This document shows, in pieces, positions 27,061-35,844 of a stretch of 64,000 nucleotides of DNA (positions are counted from its first letter, which is position 1; the number at the start of each line of letters is the position of its first letter). The stretch is taken from contig JAUIDB010000010.1 in the NCBI GenBank assembly GCA_030429235.1, positions 13,334 through 77,333 on the forward strand. Direction: 5' to 3'. This DNA comes from Thermoanaerobaculia bacterium. Its GTDB lineage: Bacteria > Acidobacteriota > Thermoanaerobaculia > Multivoradales > JAIOJS01. Under the pieces are notes generated by a model that was not told the DNA's origin, did no database searches, and saw only the letters and a program-made list of their open reading frames with translations. Position numbers and translations under genes: made by a program.

Positions 27061-27792
27061 GTGCCGAGCGGTTTGCAGCCTCGGAGAGAGGAAGCGCCCG
27101 CCGCAGTTCCCGGAAGAGTCTGGGCTTTGCTCAGTGTCGTCTTGCTGCTCGATGGCTTCCTGGCAGTTCCGATGCTCGAGCAGTGGCGAGCGGGAAGCCT
27201 CCATCACGGGCTGCTTCTCTTTCTCCTGCCGTTTCATCTCTTCGCTCTGGGCTGGGTTCTCGAGCTTGTCTCGCGTTGCACTCTCGGGCGGTCACTCGAG
27301 CCGGAGGGCCTTTCGTTTGGTCGTGACGAGGCCATCGAGTGGGCGGAGTTCCATCGACTCGGTCCGATCAAGTTCGCACTGGGACTGCTGTTCGCGCTCG
27401 CCTTCGTACTGATGTTCTTTGCCTTCAGGGTGTCCAACGAGTCACTCGCGAGAGTCTGGCCGGTCCTTCTGTCTCTAGCCGTTGGGTTGTGGCTGGGGAA
27501 GGCTGTGTTCAACCGGCGCCGTTCCCGCCGGTATCTCTACTCCGCCGTGAAAGACTTGTTGACGCTTCCTGGAGGCGAGCAACTCGTGGCGTCGACTCTG
27601 AACCTACGGATCGAGGAGATCCAGTCTCCTCGCGGTGACAGAGTTCGCTGTCGCCCCGTACTCCTCGTCTGCGAAGATGGCCGCACGCGGCACATCCACC
27701 TTCCGTGGTCCTTTGGGCGGGAGACGAGCGAGCAGTTTGCCGACTGGTGGACCAGTCGCTGTGGTCAAGCGGCTGAGAGAGCTCTGCTCTGA
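27061..27792 (+). CDS. Multi-pass membrane protein, function unknown
   Basis: Four to five hydrophobic helices (VWALLSVVLLLDGFLAV, LLLFLLPFHLFALGWVLELV, FALGLLFALAFVLMFFAF, VWPVLLSLAVGLWLG) plus a soluble C-terminus. Confidence 0.5.
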   Translation: MPSGLQPRREEAPAAVPGRVWALLSVVLLLDGFLAVPMLEQWRAGSLHHGLLLFLLPFHLFALGWVLELVSRCTLGRSLEPEGLSFGRDEAIEWAEFHRLGPIKFALGLLFALAFVLMFFAFRVSNESLARVWPVLLSLAVGLWLGKAVFNRRRSRRYLYSAVKDLLTLPGGEQLVASTLNLRIEEIQSPRGDRVRCRPVLLVCEDGRTRHIHLPWSFGRETSEQFADWWTSRCGQAAERALL

Positions 27793-27884
27793 TCCTGCTG
27801 GTTGCTAACGGAACGGAGTGTAGTCAGCGAGATCAGGCAACCTAGTCCACGATACCCGAGCCAACCGCGAACAAACGAGGAAGC

Positions 27885-28256
27885 ATGCGACCGAAGACCT
27901 TGATACTCGCCGCTCTAATGGTGATCGATGTCGGGGTCTTGCCGGTCACGGCTCAGGTCTTCGATCTCGTCATCACCAAGGGTCGAGTCTTGGATCCAGA
28001 GTCCGGGCTCGACGCGATGCGCAACGTGGCCCGCGCTCGATCCCGATTTCTCGGGGTGCGACCCCCCATGCCGGCTTCTAGGTCGATGATCGAGACGCCG
28101 CGAGTCAGCGGATCCTGCTCTTCGGGTCGAGCGGTTGGTCCCCGGTCCGAGACCGGAGATCCAAGACACCGCAACCAGTATCAGCAGGCTCGCCCGCAAT
28201 CCACCTTCCGGTCGATGCGCTACAGAACCTCCTTGAAGCTGCCATCGCCGCCGTAG
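27885..28256 (+). pseudogene. Probable 5' remnant of a secreted amidohydrolase (D-aminoacylase-like) gene
   Basis: A signal peptide is followed by VFDLVITKGRVLDPESGLDAMRNVA, which resembles the conserved N-terminal strand of amidohydrolases. After that the translation becomes Arg/Pro-rich noise. Only ~335 nt remain before the convergent gene 28220..29596. Confidence 0.35.
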
Positions 28257-29596
28257 CGAAGCTGCTTTCCGCTGTCGAACGTAACGACAGTGTAGGCGGT
28301 GCCGCAGGGGGTTTGCCCAACGGTAATCTGGAGGAGGCTGCTTCTGGATCCAACCCTTCCTTGGGCGTCATCCAACAAGAGAGGCAGGGCTTCCAGTTTG
28401 AACGCCCCGGGGGTCATGCCCTGCTTGCAACTCAGCCACTGGGTATCCACGGCGGTGGGACCTGAGATCTCACCCGCCCTCCAACTCCACTGCTCGACCC
28501 CACCTTCGGCCTCAACCGAGAGGCTTAGGAAAGACGGTGGCATGGCTAGAGCACTTACTATCTCGGGTCCCGGGCCGACCCTCTCGAGCAGGGCGGTCGC
28601 CGCGTCTAGTAGGTCTCTAGCGACCGGAGAGAAGCCCTCGACGGAGTGGGTACCCGAGTGTTGGCTTCTGCTGGCGGATCCCACCACGACCTCGATCAGG
28701 CTCGTCGGGGCTTGCGCGACCACCCTGGGATCTTCGATCATTTTCCCCAACATCGCTTTCGGTAGAGGTTCCGCGATCGGCACATCGTAGTGGATCGTCA
28801 GCTCCGCGAATCGTGGCACGACATCGACTTCGCCCCGGGCCACGACGCCGTAGAAACCGACGCGCTTGAACGACTTGCCCTTCCGCTCGATGTAGGTGGT
28901 CACCGTCGGATCGCGAGCGAGCTGACGCCCCTGAGCATCAAACGCCCGGATGGGACCCATCTCTGAGAAGGGCGCGGCCTCCGGCAAGATCGCGGTCTCC
29001 ACCTCGAGGAAGGCCCCATCGACACGAGCCACTGATTCCTCATCTCCCCGGGTGGATCGAGTCTCCACTACGACTGGGTAGCGAACAGAGATCGTCCCGA
29101 CCACCCTCGCAAACTCGGCCGGCCCCTCGCCCGCCTCATCGAGAAAACGGATCTCGGCGATCTGCGACTCGGAGTCGTGCAGACCTCGCTCCAACTCAAA
29201 GGCGACCTCGTTCTCCGCAGCGTCGAGCAGGCGAGGTTCGAGCATCTCGATCTCTGCGTAGGTGCTGTTGGCTACCGCCGGTAGATGCAGTTGTAGTTCC
29301 GGCGTGTTGAACCCAAGAACGGCGTTGTTGCGGGTCGAAACGACGAGGAACGCTGATCGTAGATCCTCGTCGGTCCACTCGACAAAGCCGGGCTCGACAG
29401 GTGGATCGACAAACTGTGGGTTGTTGTCTTGTAGCGAGTCAAGCGCTCGTCCGGAGCTCACAACCAGGAAGAACAGAGTGAGAACTACCGCTACGTGGCC
29501 TAGGGGGTTGCTCTCGACAAGTTTCCGACGGAGGCTCCGGGGCCTCTGGTCTAGAGTCGTCGGTCCGTCTTCCGCGGGACAAGTTGAGGCGTTCAT
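28220..29596 (-). CDS. Membrane-anchored hypothetical protein
   Basis: 458-aa ORF with one N-terminal TM helix (VAVVLTLFFLVVSS) and balanced amino-acid composition. No family recognised. Confidence 0.6.
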   Translation of the reverse strand: MNASTCPAEDGPTTLDQRPRSLRRKLVESNPLGHVAVVLTLFFLVVSSGRALDSLQDNNPQFVDPPVEPGFVEWTDEDLRSAFLVVSTRNNAVLGFNTPELQLHLPAVANSTYAEIEMLEPRLLDAAENEVAFELERGLHDSESQIAEIRFLDEAGEGPAEFARVVGTISVRYPVVVETRSTRGDEESVARVDGAFLEVETAILPEAAPFSEMGPIRAFDAQGRQLARDPTVTTYIERKGKSFKRVGFYGVVARGEVDVVPRFAELTIHYDVPIAEPLPKAMLGKMIEDPRVVAQAPTSLIEVVVGSASRSQHSGTHSVEGFSPVARDLLDAATALLERVGPGPEIVSALAMPPSFLSLSVEAEGGVEQWSWRAGEISGPTAVDTQWLSCKQGMTPGAFKLEALPLLLDDAQGRVGSRSSLLQITVGQTPCGTAYTVVTFDSGKQLRYGGDGSFKEVL

Positions 29597-30064
29597 GACT
29601 CTAGAAACGCCGCGGTAGCTTGAAACGCACAGTTGCCTCGACTTCTCGAGCGACCGCCTGAACCGTCGGGTTCCAAGAGTCGTACCCGACGGCAGTGGTT
29701 GAAGTTCCAGGTCAGATGTGACCCGTGTGGGCAGGTCTGTGTCCTGGCGTCGCGGAGGTTGGAGCGTTGAGGTTCGCTGGCGGGTCTTCGGGCACTCGTC
29801 AGCTCAGTTCGTCAGCTCAACCGAGTCCGCGGAGCGCTCGATCGCCGACGAACGTCGTGACGCTGGGTCGCTGAGTTGCGGCCGAGGTGGCAGGGCTCGC
29901 GAAACAGTCGTTTGGCCGTGAGGTGTGCGGTTTCAACCGGATCGTCGTTTCGATGGGTGTACGCGGTCAGATCGACGGTTGGCTGGCGGAGCTCACAGCG
30001 CCGCTCGGTACCCAGATCGGACCTCTCGGAATCGTCGATCTGGTTATTCCTCTAGGAGTTCACA

Positions 30065-32230
30065 GTGAGTACACCACGCCTCGTCTTGCTCGGCAGCCTT
30101 GCCGTCCTCCTCCTCACCACTCCGGCGCTGATGGCTGGGGTCATCACCGTCGACACCGCCCTCGGCACGCGAGTGGACGACATGGGCGATGGCCCCTGCT
30201 CCTTCAAGGAGGCCCTGGCGAATGCCTTCGGGTCGATGCAGCAGTTCGACGATTGCGAGGACCCCGGGATGGCGCCCCACACCATCGTGTTCACGGGGGC
30301 CTTCGTGATCAATATGGACGATACCGGCTCGATCGCGAACGTGGTGAACGAACTGACCATTCAGGGGCCGGTGGTTTTGGACGGAAACAATCAGATGCAC
30401 GGGGGATTCCTCCTCGATGCGGCCAGTTCGGCCATCCTCACCGTCAACCAGGTGACGTTTCAGGACAACGGCGCGAGCGCGATCAACGTGCGGGACAGCG
30501 CCACGCTGACGGTGAACGCGAGCGTCTTCGACAACAACCAGGCCAACAACGGAGGCGCGATCCAGGCCGGAGGTAGCGGTTCGGTGACGGTCAATCTGTC
30601 GAACTTCACCCGCAACGATGCCACCTTCTTCGGCGGGGCGATCTTCAAGGGCAATGGGTGCGAACTGTTCGTCAGCGGCTCCAACTTCGGCGGACCGATG
30701 CTCGGTAACGAGGCCGACCAGGGGGGAGCGATCTACATCGCGGGCGCGGCCACCGGCGAAGGGGTGGTGATCACGGGATCGACGTTCCTCGGGAACTCCT
30801 CCGACGGCACCGATACCAACGACGGGGGTGGGGCGATCTACATCCAGGGCGCGGGGAACGGCTCCTACATCTCGATCTTCGGCGGTGCTTTCGGCTCCTC
30901 GGTGCCGCTGACCGGTAACAGTGCGATGAGCCGCGGTGGAGCGATCTACAACAACGCCACCTCGGGGCTGGTGAACAGCGACCCCACCGACATTCTCGAC
31001 GCGGGGATCATCGGCGTGGAGTTCGTGGGCAACAGCGCCGGTGATCGGGGCGGAGCGATCTACAACCGCGGGTCGATGAATGTCTTCCACGCTACCTTCG
31101 ATGGCAACAGTGCCGTCGGCGGGGGAGCGGTGGCCGACGACCAGCAGATTTCGGGCCGGGAGTTGACGATCTCGAACTCGACCTTCAATGGCAACAGCGC
31201 TTCGGGTGACGGGGGAGGACTCGGCAGCTTCGACTCCGACTCCAACGTGATCCTGCGGAATGTCACCCTCGCTGGGAACAGCGCTTCGACGAGTGGCCGC
31301 GAACTCTTCGCGACCGGCGACATCGACCTTGGCAACGTGCTGATCGCCAACGGGTCGGCCGGCGCCAACTGCGCCGGGGGCGGGACCTTCGTCGACTCGA
31401 TGGGCAACTTGCAGTGGGATCCGACCATGGACACCGGCTGTGGAGCGGCGATCCCCGTGGCTGATCCTCTGCTCGCGGCGCTGACCTTGAATCCGGGGCC
31501 GATCCCGGTCCGCACCATGGCCCTCGGAGCGGGGAGTCCGGCGCTGGGAGCCGGTGTACCGGCGATCTGTTCGGCCCTGCCGGTCTTCATGCTCGACGCT
31601 CGCGGGGTGCCGCGCCCTACCGCCTGTGATAGCGGAGCCTTCGAAGGTGGCGATGCGGCCCGGCTGGTCATCAACGAGATCGACTACGACCAGGGAGGGA
31701 CCGACGATCACGAGTTCATCGAGATCTACAACGGCGGTGCGGCCTCGATCAACCTCGACAACGTCAGTCTGGAGTTGGTGGACGGCAACATGGGGACGGC
31801 GAGTCTGTACGCGCCGTCGCCGATCGACCTGCCCAACGCCGACCTTGGTCCGGGCGAGTACTACGTCGTGTGTGGTCAGACCGGTCTCGGGATTCCGCTG
31901 ATCAACTGCGACCTCGACCTCGCGACCGACGATTTCCTGCAGGACGGCGATCCGGATGCAATCGGACTGCGGCTTTCGGGGCTTCTGATCGACGCCGTGA
32001 GCTACGGTGGCGCCGATACCGGGGCGCCCTACACCGAGACCGCGGGTGCCGGCGACGACCCCGGTGGTACTCCGTTCCTCGGCCTCTCGCGGTTGCCCGA
32101 TGGCGCCGACAGCGATGACAACTCGGCCGACTTTTCGAGCCGTTGTGCCACGCCGAAGGAGGCCAACGTGCCGGACGCGACGTCCTGTTCGATGGTCCCC
32201 GTGGAACTGCTCGGTTTCTCGGTCGAGTAG
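30065..32230 (+). CDS. Secreted parallel beta-helix protein with GGAI-type (polymorphic-membrane-protein-like) repeats and a lamin tail domain (LTD)
   Basis: Signal peptide. More than 8 GGAI(Y/F/Q) repeats (NNGGAIQAG, FFGGAIF, QGGAIYIAG, GGGAIYIQG, RGGAIYNN, RGGAIYNRG). LTD-like segment LVINEIDYDQGGTDDHEFIEIYN...GPGEYYVVCG...DAVSYGG. It ends VPVELLGFSVE. Confidence 0.8.
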   Translation: MSTPRLVLLGSLAVLLLTTPALMAGVITVDTALGTRVDDMGDGPCSFKEALANAFGSMQQFDDCEDPGMAPHTIVFTGAFVINMDDTGSIANVVNELTIQGPVVLDGNNQMHGGFLLDAASSAILTVNQVTFQDNGASAINVRDSATLTVNASVFDNNQANNGGAIQAGGSGSVTVNLSNFTRNDATFFGGAIFKGNGCELFVSGSNFGGPMLGNEADQGGAIYIAGAATGEGVVITGSTFLGNSSDGTDTNDGGGAIYIQGAGNGSYISIFGGAFGSSVPLTGNSAMSRGGAIYNNATSGLVNSDPTDILDAGIIGVEFVGNSAGDRGGAIYNRGSMNVFHATFDGNSAVGGGAVADDQQISGRELTISNSTFNGNSASGDGGGLGSFDSDSNVILRNVTLAGNSASTSGRELFATGDIDLGNVLIANGSAGANCAGGGTFVDSMGNLQWDPTMDTGCGAAIPVADPLLAALTLNPGPIPVRTMALGAGSPALGAGVPAICSALPVFMLDARGVPRPTACDSGAFEGGDAARLVINEIDYDQGGTDDHEFIEIYNGGAASINLDNVSLELVDGNMGTASLYAPSPIDLPNADLGPGEYYVVCGQTGLGIPLINCDLDLATDDFLQDGDPDAIGLRLSGLLIDAVSYGGADTGAPYTETAGAGDDPGGTPFLGLSRLPDGADSDDNSADFSSRCATPKEANVPDATSCSMVPVELLGFSVE

Positions 32231-32322
32231 TCGCAAGATCCTCCGCGCCCGGCACGGAACGCAACCCGCCGTTGTCCGTAGGGTATTCTGAGGGAAACGA
32301 GCCACCCGGTCTCGGAGGATCC

Positions 32323-32829
32323 ATGGGCAATCACCAGCGCAGTCTCTTCGTCGTCCCCTTCCTCGCCTTCGTCCTGCTCCAAGGGCAGAGTCAGGCGGGG
32401 GAGCGCGTGGAGACCTTGCAGGATCTGAAACCGAAACTGGAGGCCCTACTCGAGGGGATCGAGGGCACTTCGGTGTCGCTCCATCCCTGGGGTCTAGCAG
32501 CGGAGTACCGCGTGCAGGAGTTCCAGGTGCACGGCGTCTCGCGAGACGGGGTGGTGGCCGAAGCTCCGCACACGGTGCGAGGACCCAACCAGGGAGGGTT
32601 CCTCCTGCGCGTCCGGGTGCAAGACGGGCCGCGCTACCAGGGTCCCATCGCGCTCTCGAGCGAAGGGTTCGGGGCGCTGCGAGAGCCCTACTGGATGACC
32701 CAGGTGCGGGAGATCCCGCTCCCGGGAGGACAGCACCACGCGTGGGTGGCCCTGGCGCAGGGCGCCAAGGTGGACCAGGAGCTGATGGCCAGGATCCACG
32801 CAGTGGTGCACCGACACCTGACCGAGTAG
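32323..32829 (+). CDS. Small secreted hypothetical protein
   Basis: Start re-set to ATG 32323, preceded by GGAGGA. Signal peptide LFVVPFLAFVLLQGQSQA. Confidence 0.55.
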   Translation: MGNHQRSLFVVPFLAFVLLQGQSQAGERVETLQDLKPKLEALLEGIEGTSVSLHPWGLAAEYRVQEFQVHGVSRDGVVAEAPHTVRGPNQGGFLLRVRVQDGPRYQGPIALSSEGFGALREPYWMTQVREIPLPGGQHHAWVALAQGAKVDQELMARIHAVVHRHLTE

Positions 32830-32896
32830 CGATCGCGGCAACGAATCAGCGTGGGGATTCCGAATCGAAGCCTCGCGGTCGACTCGGCCCCAGGCT

Positions 32897-33334
32897 CTAC
32901 TGCTCGACCTGGATCGACTTCAAGAAGGCCACCAGATCGTCGATCTTGGCCGAGATCTCTTCGTCGTCGGCCTCCTCGAAGGCGACCTTGAAGGCGTTGC
33001 CCCAGACCGGCATGTCCGGGCTACCGTGCGCCGGGCGGCGCTCGCGGCCGTCGATGATCTCGTGGATCGTCTGGGTGGGAAACTCGCCGTCGTAGCGAGT
33101 GACGATCCCGGTCAGGTCGGCCGGTTTGGGCTCGAGATACTCGGCCACCGGACCGTCTCCTTCACCCTGCTTCCCGTGGCAACTACCGCAGTAGTTCACG
33201 TAGGTGGCGTGTCCACGGACGGCCGAAGCGGACTCCATCTCGTCGGCGCCGACCGGGCCGCTGGCGACCCAGCTCCCGATCCCTACCACCACGGCCACGA
33301 TCATCAGGATCCAACGCGTCGTGCGAGCTCCCAT
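32897..33334 (-). CDS. Membrane-anchored or periplasmic class I c-type cytochrome
   Basis: Heme-binding CGSCH (CxxCH) in YVNYCGSCHGKQGEGDGP, and a distal Met in SPDMPVWG. Start re-set to ATG 33334, which has an AGGAG RBS. Confidence 0.8.
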   Translation of the reverse strand: MGARTTRWILMIVAVVVGIGSWVASGPVGADEMESASAVRGHATYVNYCGSCHGKQGEGDGPVAEYLEPKPADLTGIVTRYDGEFPTQTIHEIIDGRERRPAHGSPDMPVWGNAFKVAFEEADDEEISAKIDDLVAFLKSIQVEQ

Positions 33335-33482
33335 CTCTGATCTCCTCTGGGTTGATTGTGGTGGATCTAGGATACACCCCTCCTGCCTCCCGTGGGATTG
33401 CACGGGCGAGGGTGGAGCTGACTTGGCAGGGTCGCCGTCGCGTTGCTATCGTCGCGGTACACAACCGAGGAGCCGAGAGTGG

Positions 33483-33719
33483 ATGCATAGCAGCCGATTG
33501 GAGTTCTGGGAGCGCTTGACACGCTGCTTCGAGGAGGACGAACTGCAGATCCTCGTGACTGGCACGACCAGCCCGGCGGTCAAGGTCGTCCACCGTCCCA
33601 CGGGGATCGAGACCACCTGCGACCAGCACAACTCGCAGATTTTCAATCGGTCGCAGGCGGCTCTCGACCTCCTGCAGCGGCTCTTCCGGGAGTCGGTGGC
33701 CGAGGACCCGGTCGCGTGA
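33483..33719 (+). CDS. 78-aa RF-1 (class I release factor / peptidyl-tRNA hydrolase) domain protein lacking the GGQ loop
   Basis: VKVVHRPTGIETTCDQHNSQIFNRSQAALDLL aligns by eye with the RF1/RF2 segment [27 protein letters not shown]. The preceding GGQ-containing ~10 aa are absent. GAGGAG lies upstream of ATG 33483. Confidence 0.5.
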   Translation: MHSSRLEFWERLTRCFEEDELQILVTGTTSPAVKVVHRPTGIETTCDQHNSQIFNRSQAALDLLQRLFRESVAEDPVA

Positions 33720-33801
33720 ACCCCCGGCTCGAGGTTCACCAACCCAGCCAACAGAAGACCACCTTGGTGCCGGCGAGCATCACTTCCGAGAGGACCTACC
33801 C

Positions 33802-34590
33802 ATGACGGACCCCTTCATCCCCCGCGTCGGCGGCGTGCTGAGCGCCGACATCGCCGTTCCCGACCACGAGCGAGAGGTGCGCTTCTACTCTCGGGTCCTC
33901 ACCACCGGCGAGAACCCGTTGTGGCGCGACGACCTGATGAACAACCGGGGTATGCCAGTCATCGGTCTCGGCGCGTACAGCGAAGAGTACGGTGATCTCC
34001 CCTTGCAGTGGATGCCCCACATCCAGGTCGAGGACGTTGCCGCCTGCGTGGCGCGGGTTCTCGAACGGGGTGGAAGTGAAGTGATGCATGCCAAGGACGA
34101 CGACGGGGCCAGCCAGTGGGCGGTGCTCCTGGACCCGAACGGCGCGGCGTTTGGGGTCATGCCAGTGGTATCGGTCGACGCGATGCCGCCGACAGACCCC
34201 TCCGCCAGTTCCGGTCCCGTGGGGTGTATCTCGTGGCTCGATCTGACGGTTGCCGATGCCTCGACCACGCGGGACTTCTATCAGCACGTCGTGGGTTGGG
34301 AAGTGCAGGACGTGGCGATGCGCGACGGCGAGGAGTCCTATGCCGACTACAACATGCTGGGGGGCGATGGATCCCCGGCCGCGGGGGTCTGCCACGCTCG
34401 GGGTGGCAATCTCGGCCTGCCGTCGGTGTGGTTGCTCTACCTGCCGGTAGGGGATCTCGCCGAGAGTCTACGCCGGGTGGAAGAGGAAGGGGGGAGCGTG
34501 GTCAAGGCGTCTCGAGGCAAGGACGGGGAGTACTCCTGGGCGGTCATCGAGGACCCGGTGGGAGTGCACCTGGCGCTGATGGCGGGATAG
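33802..34590 (+). CDS. VOC (glyoxalase/bleomycin-resistance/dioxygenase) family protein with two tandem domains
   Basis: Two similar halves (ADIAVPDHEREVRFYSRVL... and LDLTVADASTTRDFYQHVVGWEV...), each ending in a G..F.V.DP/DPVG-type strand typical of VOC folds. Confidence 0.75.
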   Translation: MTDPFIPRVGGVLSADIAVPDHEREVRFYSRVLTTGENPLWRDDLMNNRGMPVIGLGAYSEEYGDLPLQWMPHIQVEDVAACVARVLERGGSEVMHAKDDDGASQWAVLLDPNGAAFGVMPVVSVDAMPPTDPSASSGPVGCISWLDLTVADASTTRDFYQHVVGWEVQDVAMRDGEESYADYNMLGGDGSPAAGVCHARGGNLGLPSVWLLYLPVGDLAESLRRVEEEGGSVVKASRGKDGEYSWAVIEDPVGVHLALMAG

Positions 34591-34625
34591 GCCACCGTCC
34601 GGGTGGCGGTGGGATCGAAGCTGGT

Positions 34626-35303
34626 TCAGCTCGGGGTCGGCGCGGAAGCCGGGGGCCACAGGTTGCGTCCCAGCTTGGTCGACAGCCACTCCAGGCCGCC
34701 GCGCCAGCCCGTGAAGCGAATCCCGGTCTCGACGCGGGCGAGCAGTACGCAGCCTTCGTCGGCTTCGGTGGCGGGTCGGTGGCTCGAACCCGCCTCGTAC
34801 CGCACGAAGTCGCCCGCCTCGACCAGGAGCTGGTCGTCGCGATAGCCGCCGGTGAGGACCAGGGTCTCCTCGGAGCCGAGGTGCTGGTGGGTCGGGAAAC
34901 GCCGGTCGGCACCGGCTCGAGCCGCCACCAGGAAGTACTCGTCCTCGCGGGCCAGAATCGCTACCTCCACCCCCCGAGTCAAAGGCGATCGCCAGCGCGG
35001 CGAACCCTGCCAGGGGAGGCTACCCGTCCGCCACTCGCGAGGTAGAGGCAGCCCGCCATCGGTGGTGCCCGGCGAGTCGTCGAGGCTCCTTGCCAGGCGC
35101 TCCCAGATCGTCGGTGGCGGCGCGGCTTCCCGAACTCCTTCGAGCCAATGCTGTCCGGGGGCTTGCAGCGCGTCCAGTTCCGAGCGGCAGGCGGCGCAGA
35201 GATCGAGATGGCAGTCGATCAGAAAGCGGCGCGGCAGGTCGACCTGGCCGGCGGAGTAGTCGATCAGTAGATCCGCAGAGGGGTGGTGGCGGGGGATCCT
35301 CAT
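34626..35303 (-). CDS. chrR: ChrR-type anti-sigma factor (N-terminal zinc-binding domain plus C-terminal cupin)
   Basis: HHPSADLLIDYSAGQVDLPRRFLIDCHLDLCAACRSEL matches the ChrR N-terminal HxxxCxxC pattern. Cupin-like C-terminus. It starts 1 nt after the ECF sigma stop. Confidence 0.8.
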   Translation of the reverse strand: MRIPRHHPSADLLIDYSAGQVDLPRRFLIDCHLDLCAACRSELDALQAPGQHWLEGVREAAPPPTIWERLARSLDDSPGTTDGGLPLPREWRTGSLPWQGSPRWRSPLTRGVEVAILAREDEYFLVAARAGADRRFPTHQHLGSEETLVLTGGYRDDQLLVEAGDFVRYEAGSSHRPATEADEGCVLLARVETGIRFTGWRGGLEWLSTKLGRNLWPPASAPTPS

Positions 35304-35304
35304 C

Positions 35305-35844
35305 CTATCGATTCTCCAGGTGTTGTCTCAGTCGGTTCAGGCCGCTCCGAACCCTCGACTTGAGGGTGCCGAGAGGGAGCTCGAGACGGCGCGCCGTCTC
35401 CTCGTAGGTCAGCCCGCCGAAGTAGGCGAGCTCGAGGGCGCTGCGCTGCCCGTCGTCCAGCTGACCGAGAGCCTGTACCACAGCGAGACGGGTCTCGAGA
35501 GAGAGCCGCAAGGGTGGTTGGATCGGCTCCGATTCCAAGGCGCTGGTGGGACGACGTCCCTGGTAGCGCAGGCGATCGAACCACTTGTTGCGGGCGATGG
35601 TGAAGAGCCAGCCGGCGGCGACTCCGCGCCGGGCATCGAAGGTCGTGGCTCGGTCCCAGACGGCGAGAAAGACGTCCTGGAGCAGGTCGTCGACGTCAGT
35701 CTTCGCTGCACCGAGGCTGCTCAGGTAGGCGGCGATGCGACCGCCGTACCGCTCGTAGAAGGTCGCAAAGGCGTGGCGGTCGCCGCTGGCGACGCGTCGC
35801 AGCAGCTCCTGGTCATCGATCGTCGGTGTGGGCAAGGGAATCAC
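35305..35844 (-). CDS. ECF-type RNA polymerase sigma-70 family factor
   Basis: Region 2 (DVDDLLQDVFLAVWDRATTFD...WLFTIARNKWFDRLR) and region 4 (ALELAYFGGLTYEETARRLELPLGTLKSRVRSGL). GTG start with a GGAGA RBS. Confidence 0.85.
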   Translation of the reverse strand: MIPLPTPTIDDQELLRRVASGDRHAFATFYERYGGRIAAYLSSLGAAKTDVDDLLQDVFLAVWDRATTFDARRGVAAGWLFTIARNKWFDRLRYQGRRPTSALESEPIQPPLRLSLETRLAVVQALGQLDDGQRSALELAYFGGLTYEETARRLELPLGTLKSRVRSGLNRLRQHLENR

